A stretch of DNA of 64,000 nucleotides from Diadema antillarum (Eukaryota). The first letter of the stretch is position 1, and each line of letters opens with the position of its first letter. Under the pieces are notes generated by a model that worked only from the letters and a program-made list of their open reading frames with translations, had not been told where the DNA came from and ran no database searches. The stretch covers positions 124,001 to 188,000 of the forward strand of contig NW_027271714.1 of NCBI RefSeq assembly GCF_040938485.1. Reading direction: 5' to 3'. The position numbers were made by a program, and so were the translations under genes. Shown one piece after another: positions 38,901 to 61,356 of the stretch.

Positions 38901-41816
38901 CATGAACTAGTATTGTATCAATGAACTCTAATCAGCCACCATCTAAGCTCGCATGTACCATCTAAACATGCACAATAAAACTAGTAGTCTTCAATAAAGT
39001 ATTTTCATCACTTTCTCAATTTCCATTTCCCGTCACAAGCAACCACTTGTTGCCCGATGAATATCAAACTGGACACTTGCTTGACAAATGTTTAATTGGA
39101 AGACATCTACTCATAGAATATTGTCTTTAACCCATTGAGGACGAGTCCTGAGTATACTCGGGTGGGTGTCTATGGGAAATGCATGTTGTAGCAAAATCAA
39201 ACTGTCCTCAGTTGGTTAAAGGAAAGGAAATTTATGTTGGATGACTTCTCTAAGTAAAAGGAGCTACACTGTAAGTTGGATATGAAATATCATTATTTTG
39301 TGTAAAATCCAGACGTTCTAGGTATGAAAACCCATGTACACTTTTGTAGATTTACGTCGAAAGGCAGTACCTCTTTCATATTCTCATTCTGCTTTCTTCC
39401 AGGACTGGGTCTGCATCTCCCCGCCACGAACTCCTACACAACATCGATCCTCTTAGATATTCGCCATCTAATTCTGTCGCAGCATGCAAGGAGGCCAATG
39501 ATGCATCACTAATCCTCCCAAGCAAGTTCAACCAGTCCATCAGGGCGGCCATCCGTTACAAAGACTGGAAGTTGATCACCGGTCAGCCAGGTATGCGGTC
39601 TCTTCTTCACATTCTGTGTCAGGGTGTGTCTTATGGATACCCACATACTGACCATTGCTGGTTACCTTGGATGAACCACAAAGTGCCAACATTATTCTCC
39701 GGCTTCCGGGAGTCAGGAGTGCATGTGCAGGAGTTGAACAAACCCCGTGCTATGTTTTGCACCCTCTTCTCTGCAGAGGGGTGCGGTCGTAATTTGGCAA
39801 AAAGGTGTATGTCTGAAAAATATCATGTTTTTGGTTTTTATCATTTGGGGGTTTTCGATGCCGAAATTTTCATGTGACCAACTTTCGTAAGTCATCAAGC
39901 CTTTGTTTCCGAGGTATTTTGGGCTATCTCTGTATCATTTTGTCAGTTTTCCTGCTTTTGATTTGGCTAAAAGGTGTATCTCTACACATACACCTTTTTG
40001 CCAAATTAAATGCACGATTTCTCACGGTGTATGTGAAGATACACCTTTTTGCCAAAATAGCGTGGGTTGCAGTCCCTGTAAATGTGATTTGGCAAAAATG
40101 TGTAAGTCTCTAAAAGTGCTAATTCTGAAGTATTTTTTAAAATTTGATGCAAGAAAATTATCAGGAAATGAAATTTGAAGTGTATACTAAATCCTGGAAT
40201 TAAATCCCTGAGCACTGCACAGTTTAGATGGCTTCTACGGTCAAGGAAACTGCCAAAACTTTAAAGTCGATTTTCTCAGCTTTGTAGTCGCTGTAAAACG
40301 GCAGACATACACCTTTTTGTCAGAACACGACCGAGTGGGTTCATTGACATCAATACTTTCTGGACATTGCAGCATCACATACTCTTTTCCAACGTATGAT
40401 CTTTGACATGCATGAATTTTTACTCTCTCGATCACATAGGGGGATTCCATTTCATGTCCTATATCATATTCCTTACTCCCTCAACCCATTATGTGCCAAG
40501 ATACGTAACTTAAAGGGAAGGTACAGTATTGGTGGAGATGAGAATTGGGCTTTTAACTTTTTGCGAGATACCAAGAAAACACTTATAATATAGTACAGAG
40601 CATACCACTTTAAGAGGAATTCAAAGTTTATTTGATGAAAATCGGGTTTGGAATGCCTGAAACATCCAAACACAAAGTATAACAAAGTGCTCGTAATAAA
40701 GTGTTGGTCCCACACTTTATTAGAATCGCTCTTTTTGGATATCTCAGCCATTTCAAAACCAATTTTCATCAAATGAACGTTGAATTCCTCATAGAATAAC
40801 ATGCTCTTTCATATTTCACGAGAGGTTTCTCATTATTTCACAGAAAAATGTTAGAAACCTGAAATTAGGTCTCAACCAAAACTGTACGATCCCTTTAACT
40901 TGCCAAACTTTTTTCCAGCAGCATCCAGTTCCTGTGATGTCAACTGATATACGGGAACCTGGTATATCAGGTTCCCAAAATGTAGACAAGAGTGTCTGTA
41001 TTCATGGCCTGAATTCATATGCATGATATGCTGACCAGGAAAATGACTTTGATTGAATGATTAGTATTTCTTCTGTCAATATAAATATGTTCTTTTTCTG
41101 TACCAAACTGTGTGTATTTCTATCTAATTTATCTTTTTCAAACATAGTAGTGCACTTGTTTTGATAGAAAACTTGTATGAAGACGTGTGTAACCATCAAG
41201 GCTGAGCTCGCTACATAATAAATGATGTAGGCTTGACTTTTGCTGACCCCATTTGCGTGCCCTTATGGTGTATAACTAAGAGTTTGTGAGACCACCAGCA
41301 CACACTCTATTCATACCTCGCATTTGATCGATATTTTGCATTGTTCAATTGCAAATGTAGTCGACCTTCGAAAGGGGATACACTTAAAGCTTAACTGCTT
41401 TCGCTAAGGTTTTTCATTTCTGATATATTCATACTGACTAAATACTAGACCTTTCAACAATGCAGAGATTTCATTTCTCACCTAACTTGGTAAGGTCTCT
41501 TCATCTGTTAAAACAATTCTTACATGATATTTCCAACACTTGTCTGGCAGGCAATGGGAGCTGGATTCCAACCCCAGACTCGGGTCTACACCCCTTCCAC
41601 CCAGTCACGCCCCCTGGCAAGGACCTCTGGCTCTTTAACATCAAGGACGACCCCACGGAGAAGACTGACCTGTCCGATCAAAACCACGAGATGGTGGCGT
41701 TCCTCTTGGACCGGCTCCAGGTCTACTACTGGTCTTCCGTTCCCGTTAACTACCCGAAGTGTGACCCCAACGCTAACCCAGCTCTCCATAACGACACATG
41801 GACTAACTGGGAATGA
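32572..41816 (+). CDS. ARSB: Arylsulfatase B-like (ARSB/I/J subfamily) sulfatase, 7 coding exons, 512 aa
   Basis: Exons 32572-32835, 33564-33750, 34312-34487, 35202-35409, 36688-36937, 39403-39590, 41551-41816 (1539 nt, phases consistent). Signal peptide, [10 protein letters not shown], formylglycine motif [23 protein letters not shown]. The multi-exon layout resembles ARSB rather than the 2-exon ARSI/ARSJ. Exact orthology among the expanded paralogs is unproven. Confidence 0.9.
37463..38160. mobile_element. About 690-bp TIR element; inverted copy at 50403-51081
   Basis: tgtgacc.tgca.cacaaaac ... gttttgtgatgcagggtcaca termini. The interior (aagtgtgaactgagaaaagagg) is shared in opposite orientation. 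Confidence 0.8.
40514..40894. mobile_element. TTAA-flanked 381-bp MITE (Kolobok-like family copy)
   Basis: ttaa|aggga.ggtacagt ... actgtacgatccct|ttaa. Homologous copies at 43437-43791, 46857-47250 (inverted), 60034-60420 (inverted) and 20813-20940 (partial). Confidence 0.85.
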
Positions 41817-41819
41817 ATG

Positions 41820-42125
41820 CAGAGACTCCAACTCTCCTGTTTTCAATGGGAGATCTCCCGCCGAAAACCCATTTTTGCAAAATCTCCCGTTCTCCCGCTT
41901 GAGATTTAATTTCTCCCGCCCTGGCTCTGTGTCTCCCGTTGGAAAGGATTTCTTACTTATTGCTATTGTATGTTCAAAAAAATAAGCCTTAGATAGCACC
42001 AGAGAGCATCTAGAACCCTATAGAAACTTCGCGCTTCGCACACATCAACTTGGAGGCTCCCGTTTGCTAGGGGTTTCAGGCGGGAGAATCTCCCGATCAG
42101 AAGGTGCGTTGGGTTGGAGTCTCTG
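41820..42125. mobile_element. 306-bp MITE inserted at the arylsulfatase stop codon
   Basis: 13-bp TIR cagagactccaac / gttggagtctctg, flanked by direct repeat TGAATG at 41814-41819 and 42126-42131. Confidence 0.8.
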
Positions 42126-42358
42126 TGAATGTGAAGTATTTGTACCCTCTAAAAATTGTGTCTTCACCAATATCCTAACTATTCTAACTATTAATGTGAA
42201 GTGATATCAAACTTATGCAGATTGTCAATCAATCTCATTCACTGCCAAGTACGTAGTACGTGTACATATTTTTGCTTTGCTTTAGCCCACCATATAGTCA
42301 TTGTTATTAATGAAATGCAATACTGTGCCATGCTTTCCCATACTTCTACTTCTGTTTT

Positions 42359-42361
<3 letters not shown>

Positions 42362-42397
<36 letters not shown>

Positions 42398-42415
42398 TAT
42401 ATATATATATATATA
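42362..42415. repeat. (AT)n microsatellite; others include (CAT)n ~9300-9342, (AC)n ~32905-32938, (TTTTG)n ~42815-42855 and (CTTT)n ~45549-45585
   Basis: Directly visible simple repeats. Confidence 0.9.
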
Positions 42416-43436
42416 GATTATATACTGCAAGAGGCTGAAAAATAACAGGCAATGAAGTACAGACACTTTGGCATTTCTACTTATTATCTGTTTGTTTATG
42501 TGTTGTTGTTGTTGTTGTTGTTGTTACGTCATGTTTACTGAGCAGAGATCGACACTCACAAGTGATCCTGGCCTTTTAGTCTTTATAATGTGTATGAATT
42601 TTGCAAAAAGTCATAGTTTGCCAGGATGATTCTTCAGGGTGAAATGTCTCAGGATGAGTAATGTGTGCTTTACATTATAAGTTGTCCTACAGTGCTATTA
42701 GAAAGACATAAGACAGAAACACCAAGAAGGTGATGATCACATTATACTTTTTAGTGCTTTCTACAAATTTATGATGATACCACATTCCTACAATGCATCA
42801 AAATTGTTGTGTTGAGTTTTGTTTTGTTTTGTTTTGTTTTGTTTTGTTTTGTTTTTGTTTGGGGCATTGTATTTGTCAGCACATCGTTAGGTCTAGGAGG
42901 TCAAGACTAATATGTATTACAGATTGAAGATGGTGAGAAGGAATGGAAATTAACAACTTACTTATTTACTTAATATAAAGATCTTATTGCTGATGTTAGT
43001 CAATGGGGGAGAAATACTTGCATTAGATAGAGCCCTGCAGGTATAAAATGTTGAGGAAACAATGGCACTTACAATCACTGAACAAAGTTTGTGAATGGTT
43101 GATTTTAGAAAGTTGGATTTAGAAGATAAGAAATGGCAGGAGACACTATGGAGGAAGTCATGAATATTCATCAGTATATACATGTTTAAAATTACATATT
43201 CATGAGATGAATCCTTGATTTTGATTGGTTGAAATTGAGGGCATAAATTAGCAATGACCTTCATCTGTTCAAAAATAGTCCTAAGCTGGCGCCATATAGT
43301 ACCTAATGTGCCCCATAGTACTAAACGGCTTTCATTTTGGTATGTAGCGGTACATATGTACATGCACAGGAAAATGCTAGGCTTCCATAGAACGAGAGGT
43401 GACCTTTGTCCGATGCAAGCACAGTGCAAATATTAA

Positions 43437-43791
43437 AGGAACGGTATAGTATTGGTGGAGATGAGGATTGGGCTTTTAATTTTTTGTGAGATACCAAGAA
43501 ACCACTTATGAAATTATACAGAGCATACCATTCTAAGAGGAATTCAAAGTTTGTCAGATGAGAATCTGCTTTGGAATGGGTGAGACATCCAAAAACAAAG
43601 TAAAATTAAGAAGAATTAGAATTGCTCTGTTTTGGATATTTCAGCCTTTTCAAAACCAATTTTCATCAGATAAATGTAGAATCCCTCTTGGAATTACATG
43701 CTCTTTCATATTTCATAAGAGTTTTCTCATTAACTCACAAAAAAATGTTAGAAACCTGAAGTTATGTCTCTACCAAAAGTGTACGATCCCT
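43437..43791. mobile_element. Kolobok-like MITE family copy
   Basis: Same termini and interior as 40514-40894, TTAA on both sides. Confidence 0.8.
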
Positions 43792-45548
43792 TTAAGGGCA
43801 GCGCAGTTGATATTTTGTTCAGAATGTATTGGTGTGTAAATTGGCCCGCACGGAATCTAACTTCTATGCTATGAACCTTAGAGCAAACTCCTTGTGTCCC
43901 AGCATGGAGGTGATATCCTACAGGGCAACTTATATCAACGATGCCGCAAAAAGCATTTCATATCTTGGCCCTGTTTCCTAAAGCTGTTCACAAAGTTACG
44001 CATGACCTTGCGAACGACTGGACTATGAAGTGCCAGTGTGTGTGCCCATTTTTTTTTCCTTACATTTTAACAAAGTACAACTGTATGTCACTCACCTCCA
44101 TTGGGACAAAACTACACTTTCAACTAAAAATGTGTGTTAAAATGTAGGAATAATCATTATCATCTGCAAATTTCAACTTTAGCTATTGAAATAGACAATG
44201 ATTAGGAAACCCACTCGGCTTGCCATATGTAAGTCATTTGTAAAGTCATGCGCAACTTTACAACAGCTTTATGAAACAGGACCCTGTATACACTGTACAT
44301 GTATTATGTCATTTCCAGTGGTATGCAGGATCTCTGTTTTTTCCTTGACCAAACTTTGACAATCTGATGTAGTCATACTAACTATGTCATAGCAGACAAT
44401 GTTTCTCTTATACCTCGCTACATACTCAGCAATTTTCACTTGATGGGAAGTTCATGTATAAGTTTTATTTTGATGAATACAGAAATAAAGCAAGACAAAG
44501 GTAAATTCATGACGATCAGAGAAAACATGAGAATTTTATATCATTTTGAATTTTTACAATGTTTTTTTTCTTGCAGTAAACTAGTAGTCACAGTTGCATA
44601 TAAAGAGTGTGATCACAAGGCAAGTTAATGAAATGTTTGTGATTAAAGCTGCTAAACAGGAAAAAAAATCATATGAAAATATGGAATATTTCATGCTCTA
44701 ACTTCAACACTATTTCTATTTATGTTACAAATAAGCTATCACTATGATTTTATTTTGCTCTATTTGCATAATGATGAACTTCAAAATGTTCCAAAATTGG
44801 CATTGAACTGTTCTTTTTTTATTGTAATAAAACTCTGGATCATTATGCAGATCTGATGAGCGGAAGAAATCGTGCTGTCACAAATCTCCCAAGTTCTTTC
44901 AGTTTCACGCAAGTTTCATAAACTTTACTACCTGACATGGAATCAAGAAAACAGAACTACATCAGTCTTTCCCATCGATCTAAATCTAAGGTTGTGGCAA
45001 TTCAATGTGATAATTTTGTGTAGGGAGGGGGTTTAAATTTGTGAATCATAAAGATTTCATGATTTATGCCAATCAAGTGGAGAGTTGTGACATGATTTTC
45101 TATTGCCCTGTCCAATTTGTAGATTAATTATTAATTATGCAGCCACACTTTAACTTATGATTGGTTGTGGAAAATTTTGTTTCAGTAGACTTACGAATTC
45201 TATGACTTTGCTTGATATCCGATTGTGAAGAAAATAGAACTGTTGTTTTTTTCTATTGTTCTCATCAAAGTTAAATGACACACTTCAATGCAGTTCCCGC
45301 TGTATAGAGAGACTATTTCACCGTTAAAGTACAGTACTAGATGTACATTTGATTCTAAAATCTTCTAACATCAAGGCTGAAGTTTCACCATTTTCTTTTT
45401 TTTTTTCTTAAACAGCAGAACCATACATGTACCAAGAAGACTGTTTTGAACAGTGTGTGTATGTGTGAAATGTCTTTATATTGGGAGAAAATAAAGAAAT
45501 CCAGATGGATATTTTTATTATATAGTAAATTAAAATGATGTGTCTTTT

Positions 45549-45588
<40 letters not shown>

Positions 45589-46856
45589 TTTTTTTTTTGG
45601 GGGGGGGGGACATGTCTCAATCTTGGTGCAGTACTAGTTCTCTCAAGATCAAGTGGGGAATACGTGTATTTTCTGAATAAAGTTACTTCTACTACACTGG
45701 TACACTGTCAATGACATCAATAAAACTTGATGTGGATGTACGATTGTTTTCTTCACATCCATTTGATGTGACTGACGGTAGATTCAGAGTACGAAAATTT
45801 GGGAAAAAACATTTGAAAGATAAAGGCAAGAACGCCGTATGAGCCTACGTCCACACCATTTGGTTTTCCAGATGGAAATGAAAACGCAAGGTCAATTTAG
45901 GGATGTATTTGTTGTTTTTTTTGTTTTTTTTTGTTTTTTTTTCTTATTCTGAAGTTTGGTACGTTTTCGGTCTTTGTTTATGTGTGTGTGTGGGGGGGGG
46001 GGGTGGGAGGGGTGGGTGAGTGACATTCTACCAAAATTAAGCATCTTCCAATTTTGAGCATACAGTTTTTGTAACGTGTAGATCATGAAACGAAATGCAA
46101 AAGCAGAATAAAAGGTGGAGCTTGAGAGTTATATAGGCCTAGTGAAGAAAGGGGTTGTCACTAACCACAGACAATACTTGCCCTCTTCACATGCAAGATG
46201 AGTGTGCTACGTTTGCATTTTTGCGGATTAATGGCTTTTATCAAGGACAAAAAAGAAACGTTGGCAAGTTTTTTTTTTCAGAATTATTAGTTTTCCCCAC
46301 GTCCCAGATCTCAAAGATTTGAATCCATGATACATGAATGCATGTGGTATGGATGCTGCATGTCTGTGTACAGATTGCTAGGGGTGATGTTCAGTATTGT
46401 GAAGGTTCGTTAATCCGAAAAATTAATGAAAATAAGGGACGTTATTCCGAAGGTACGTTCGTTATTCCGAACGCACAAACTCCCAATACCTAGACGTTCG
46501 TTAATCCAAAAAGAAAGGAAAGTGCTCGAAAACAAACGTTCGGAATTACGAACCTTCTTTCGTTTTTAATTACGAAATGAACCTTCGGAAAAACTTTTTT
46601 TTTTCGTTATTAACGAATCTTCGGAATAACAAACCATATTTCATATTCGGATCAACAAATCTTCGGAATGACGGACTTAATTTGTACATTTTCGAAAATA
46701 TCTGTCAGCTATTATGAATAGATAATTTAACTCTCTCTGACATGCTTATTTCTTTGAGAAAAGAGTCTATGGTTCTATATGTTTCTTATGATATTTAAAA
46801 CCTTTCATTTTTCTTTCCATGAAACTTATCATTCCATTGATCGAGTATTAAGTTAA

Positions 46857-47250
46857 GGGATCGTATAGTTTTGGTTGAGACCAAATTTCAGGTTTCTAAC
46901 ATTTTTCTTTTTTGTGTGGTAATGAGAAACCTATAAAATATGAAAAATCATGCAATTCCAAGAGGAATCCATGGTTTATTTGATGAAAACTGGTTTTGAA
47001 ATGGCCGAGATATCAAAAACAGAGCGCTATCCTTATAAAAGGTTGGACCCAACTTTTAATACGATCGCTTTGTTTTACTTTGCTTTTGGATGTCTTCGCC
47101 ATTCCAGAATCGATTTTCATCAAATATTATTAATGAACTCTAAATTTCTCTTAGATTGGTACACGCTTGCATGCTCTGCACTATTTCATGAGTGGTTTCT
47201 TCAAAAAGTTGAAAACCCAATTCTCATCTCCACCAATACTATACCATCCC
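46857..47250. mobile_element. Kolobok-like MITE family copy (inverted), just downstream of the sulfotransferase stop codon
   Basis: Reverse-complement homolog of 40514-40894. Confidence 0.78.
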
Positions 47251-47329
47251 AACAATATTTTTCCTTTGCAATATATGTCAGTTACTATATTCCTTGTCGT
47301 TTCATGCCTTAATCCCTCGAAGAAAGAGT

Positions 47330-49022
47330 TCAAATATCACCCTTTGTTCCATTTGTCTTCGTGCTCTGACGATGCACCACCTTTTCATTACTCACTCCAT
47401 CGAGATTTTGACAAAATCCAGTTGAATTTGTCACCGAGTAGGCATACACTTTTCTAAACTTTGTCTTTTGGCTCTGCAAACCACACGTTTTCTGATGAAC
47501 AGACAGCATATCGCGAAAATGTATTAGGTCACTCTCAAGCTTGCTGCCATACTCGGCAAGTTTCCGCCACAAGGTCTGGTTGAAGTGCCGGTAGAGTGCG
47601 ACGTCGGCCATATTCCACGCGCTGATCTTGACTCGCTGCTTTTCAGTGATCTCCGATTTAGCGACTCGCTCGTTCGCCCGGATGTACAAGATGTCGGAGA
47701 AGTCCCACCCCATGAGACGTTTTAAAAGCAACAGCGACTCGTCAAAATATTCCAGTAGGAGAACTAGGTCGAGTTCGCGGTCCAAAATGCGCAGAGTGTC
47801 GCTAATCACCATTTTGTTCGTGTGAATCCGGTCGTCGGCACTCAAGTCGTACCACTGACCATTTCGTATGTAATATTTACAATTTCCGCGAAATGATTTC
47901 ACATACGAAGTAGTACTTCGGAAGAATTCGTCGATTTCGGAAGATCCATTTTTCCCTTTGATTTTCGGGTTACACTTGAAAAAGAAGAATGTGGACTCCC
48001 ACTGCTGAACTGGATGGCGGAGAATTGTGATGTACTTCGTGTCCGGTCTCATGACAACTTTAAAGAATTTCAGACTGGGGAGAAACCGGCAGTGTGCAGT
48101 CATAAAGTCGTAATTCCTGTAGTTGGCATAGTCGCCATCTTTGACACCGATTGGTGGAAAAACTTCTCTTAGTCTGGTTGGAATATGTTGAAGAAACTGT
48201 CCAATTTCGAAACGGTCTTTCTTGTACAAAAGGAAGGATAGGTTGCGTGTGTAACCGTATCGGTTTAGAATGTTTCCAACGGTAGTACTTCCAGTCTTGT
48301 GTGTTTTTACGAAGAGTAGAGACGTTCTCGGCTTAAAGGGGGTGCTGGAGTTTGAAGGGGAAAGTTGGCTGATGGCCGTCGTCGCTGGGTCGTTGCGGCG
48401 CGGTACACCTTTTGGTATGCCATAACGAGGAAGATTCATCTGGGACGATTGGTTGTGCAGATGATACGACAACACCAGAACACCGACCACAAGGAGAAAG
48501 AGGAATAATCGCTGATCGATAAAAGAAAGAGAAGGAGAAGACCGAAATGATGCATGATTATTACTAATTTACTGTTTTCCATAAATGCAGCATCAGACTA
48601 TTATTATCGGGAGGGGTACGTATGTTCAAGGAAGGAGGGGTAAATGGCCTTGAAAGAGACCCTTTTTCCTGGTCCGCACCACACACTCATACATGCAACC
48701 AAACTAATTAGTAGACTATCATAGAACCTTCTTGTTATGCGTGCAATCATAATAGAAAAGTTTGCCACACTTCCCGGGCAATGATGATAAAAAAATACTT
48801 ATATACAGTGATCAATTCATTGCTTATTTACGTCGATGTAGGATAATTTGTCAATCAGTTGCAATGAAAACATCTCGAAGGAAGAATTTCATTTCATTTC
48901 ATATACGCATGATAATGTTGACAAAATTTGATTTAAACAATTTCATGACCTGCAAACGGAATAAAATCAAATAAAAGAAGCTATAGTAGAGTCGTTAATA
49001 CCTTCGTTACCGCATTGTCCAT
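47330..49022 (-). CDS. Galactose-3-O-sulfotransferase-like type II Golgi membrane protein (about 400 aa)
   Basis: Large exon 48511-47330 behind a strong acceptor (tctttcttttatcgatcag). Probable start exon 49022-49002 (MDNAVTK, donor gtatta, phase 0). N-terminal TM segment, 5'-PSB KTHKTGSTT, 3'-PB ILRHP..QWES, and LVLLLEYFDESLLLLKRLMGW typical of the GAL3ST family. Confidence 0.88.
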
Positions 49023-51827
49023 CTCGTCATTTCGTTTCCTATGTAAACTGACTGTCCATTCTTAGCAATATTGTTCAATCTGCGCGGGTTCAACGGGCAT
49101 TCATACTGCTTAGCACTCCTGCAAACGTACTATATTATACGTACTTGTCTATTATAGCCAACACCTGTAAAGGTCAACGCTCAAGCTGGTATTTGCATCT
49201 CAATGTGCGGGGATCCATCACGTTTATATTAGGAATAAGTGCTTCTGATAAAGCGTCGTTAGACTTTGTAGTTTCAGCGTGTTTGTTTACCAATCAGTAA
49301 TTGTACAACATGTACAATGTGGACGTCACTACATTACTTCATCATGCTCATGCGTCTAATTATTTGCTCACAGCTACAGCTACAAGAGAAACGTGTTGTG
49401 TACATCATGCAAAAATAGAAATGTAGATTCAATTCCTGTATATCATACTTCTGAAGTGTAATGATCATACTTTATTATCATTTTAGACATGATAGACATA
49501 CAAGAAGGTTACAGTCATAGCCGGTTTATTGCTATCTGCTGGGTCATATTGTGATTAGAATTATAATGACTGAAACGACTTCTGAATTATGTCTACTCTC
49601 GGATCAGGTGTGGTAGAAATGATGTCATTGTGTGAAACTACCTAGGGCACAAGTGGTTTGGGTTGATGAACGTCTTGCATCACAGCAGCGTGCGGATATG
49701 TATCGTGTACAGACACATAATCTGCCAATAAGATGTTATAGTGTATAATGCTGAATCGTCAAAGTGCACATTCCCTCGACTTGCTTCTGACATAATTTCA
49801 GTTGAAGATATACTACCATCCGATCTCCATCGTGTCGTCTGAAGTTTATTCTTATCTTGTTTCGCAGAAAGTGGAATTCCCTTTACATTTATTTTCACTT
49901 ATTCTTTATCTTGCTTCACAGACTATGACATTACGAATCGAAATGCCTTTCCTATTCAGCGATGACCACATACCGAAAGAAACAAATTGCATCGAATTAA
50001 AACATAGAACAGCCTTTCCTAAACTTTCACAAATGTGTCCTTGTATAGCATTTCACTGAATTTACAAAATACACACAATAACAAAAATGTATTCCCCTTA
50101 ATCAAACTGATGTAACTTCTTAACGTAAATGCTTAGAACAACAAAAAAATGTTAGAGTGCATGGTTTTTCGTCTTAAATTCGCTAATTTCTGTTTGAAAT
50201 TTTGAGTGATCTGTTACGACAGGCATGAGTGAGGATAAGTTAAACACAAAAATGGCAACTTTAAAAGATCATCAACAACTGCACTTAAACATACATGAGA
50301 CACAAAATTGGTCAAAATCTAGTTTCACATTAAAAACAAAATGACTTTTGTGTCTTTTGAAAAAAATGACAATTTTGTCTGTGAGCTCACTCACTCTCTA
50401 TATGTGACCCTGCACCACAAAACAAACAAAAAATCGCCAGACATGAAATTTTAGTTAAGAGCATATTCTGAAAGAGCAGACTCTAATCTTTAAAATGATG
50501 TATAACTCAAATCAAATGGACTCTCCTAACCTATCTAAAAATTGAAAAGAAAGCACACACTCAGGAAAAGTGTGAACTGAGAAAAGAGGTTCTGAAGTAC
50601 AGTGTTTACTCAAGCGCTTAATCTTGTCTGTGCGATGAATGGAACAAAAAACATGATGTAAACCACTGGAGTAACAACAATAAAGGGATTATCAGATAAA
50701 ATTGAAATTGAGCATGCCTTATTAACACACTTTGTCCTTAATTAATGCCAACTTTCAAAGCAATGGCATCATTCTTTCAAAAGTTATAGGAGTTGAGAGT
50801 GGAGAGTGAGTACAAGCTTTTTAAGAAATGAAAAGAGGACTCTAAAGACACACTCAATCACACTATTCTGCAAAAAAAAATGTTCGAGATAAACTGCTAG
50901 AAAACACACTTTCCTGCCTGTTTTATGATCCCAAATTTTAGCATAATGTAGAAGAAGACTTGCTCTTCCTGAAAATATGAAAAAGTCAAGATCGGCTCTT
51001 TTGACCTATTTCACCTATTTTCAGTTCTCACACAAAATCAGTGCGTGCGACTTTTTGTTCGTTGTGTGATGCACGGTCACATATACTCAATAGTTCATTC
51101 TTATTTTCACATAGATGCCAGTCAATTTACAGTGTAGATACACCTTTGCCAAATTATTTTGTGCAGAATTTCTCCGTCAAAATTGAATTATTCTGATTAG
51201 GGAAAGAGTGACTTTTTGTTGCTGCGTGTATGATTATTTGGGGCGGCACAAATAGAATACATCCAGTCGCATACCTACACAATCCCTATAGCCGTGAATT
51301 GGGACATTTATTGTATTCATGGACTGAAAACACAATTTGCATTGTCCAATAGCACAGAGCTAAGTCTAGAACAAAATTATTTTGCTTTATATACTACGTG
51401 CAAATTATAAATAAAGATATTCCCTAACGACTTTTCCCGACGACTAAGCATTCTTTCAAAGTCAACTTAGACAATGACCATAACTCCCAACAACAAAAAA
51501 TCGGTCTTCATGAAATGTAAGTTGACGAAATGTGGTCTTGGACTTTGTGGATTAAGTTTAAGTTACACATATTTAATGCGATGTTACATGTTCGTGGCTG
51601 TTACATCAGTGTCGTCGCATTATTGTGATTATTGTGCGATGTTATTGAACTAGGAGTGGATAGCATTATCAAGTCAGACGATAATGATTTGTAACAGATG
51701 TTAGGGTTTCCAAGCCTCAATATTTGGAGCAACCCTTGTTAATTTAATGTTAACCTGGGAGTACATTATCTTTTGCTTGTCAGTCAATTGGCTTAATTCA
51801 CTGCCACTTTTCCCAGACATCTTCTTG

Positions 51828-51843
51828 GATGTGACGTCACATC
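51828..51843. promoter_or_regulatory. 16-bp perfect palindrome containing a canonical CRE (gatgTGACGTCAcatc) about 160 bp upstream of the esterase ATG
   Basis: Sequence directly visible. Function is inferred. Confidence 0.45.
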
Positions 51844-52000
51844 AAAGTCTATTAGCATTGCCACGCAGACAATATCCTATACATCCCTGGATCATCTTGT
51901 GACATTCGACATTCTACCATTAGCTCGACAAGACTCTTCTACGACTAGAAACGCTCTTCATTAATTTCGAGTGCAAGTCAGCAACTTACCTTATGATACG

Positions 52001-61203
<9,203 letters not shown>

Positions 61204-61356
61204 TGCACAGCTCATTTCGTCTCGCCTGCTCCAGAGTGACCCATGAAGCTTAGAAATTATAAAAACATACATGACATAACAACAAACAAATAAATAAAAC
61301 AGACTAACAAAAGCAAACAGCAAACTAAACAATAAACAGCTGCTGCAATAAGTCAG

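Noticed and set aside
42962-43429. 155-aa minus-strand ORF and similar 60-130-aa ORFs throughout introns
   Set aside because: Low-complexity, AT-driven composition, often overlapping MITEs or microsatellites, with no motifs. Treated as spurious.
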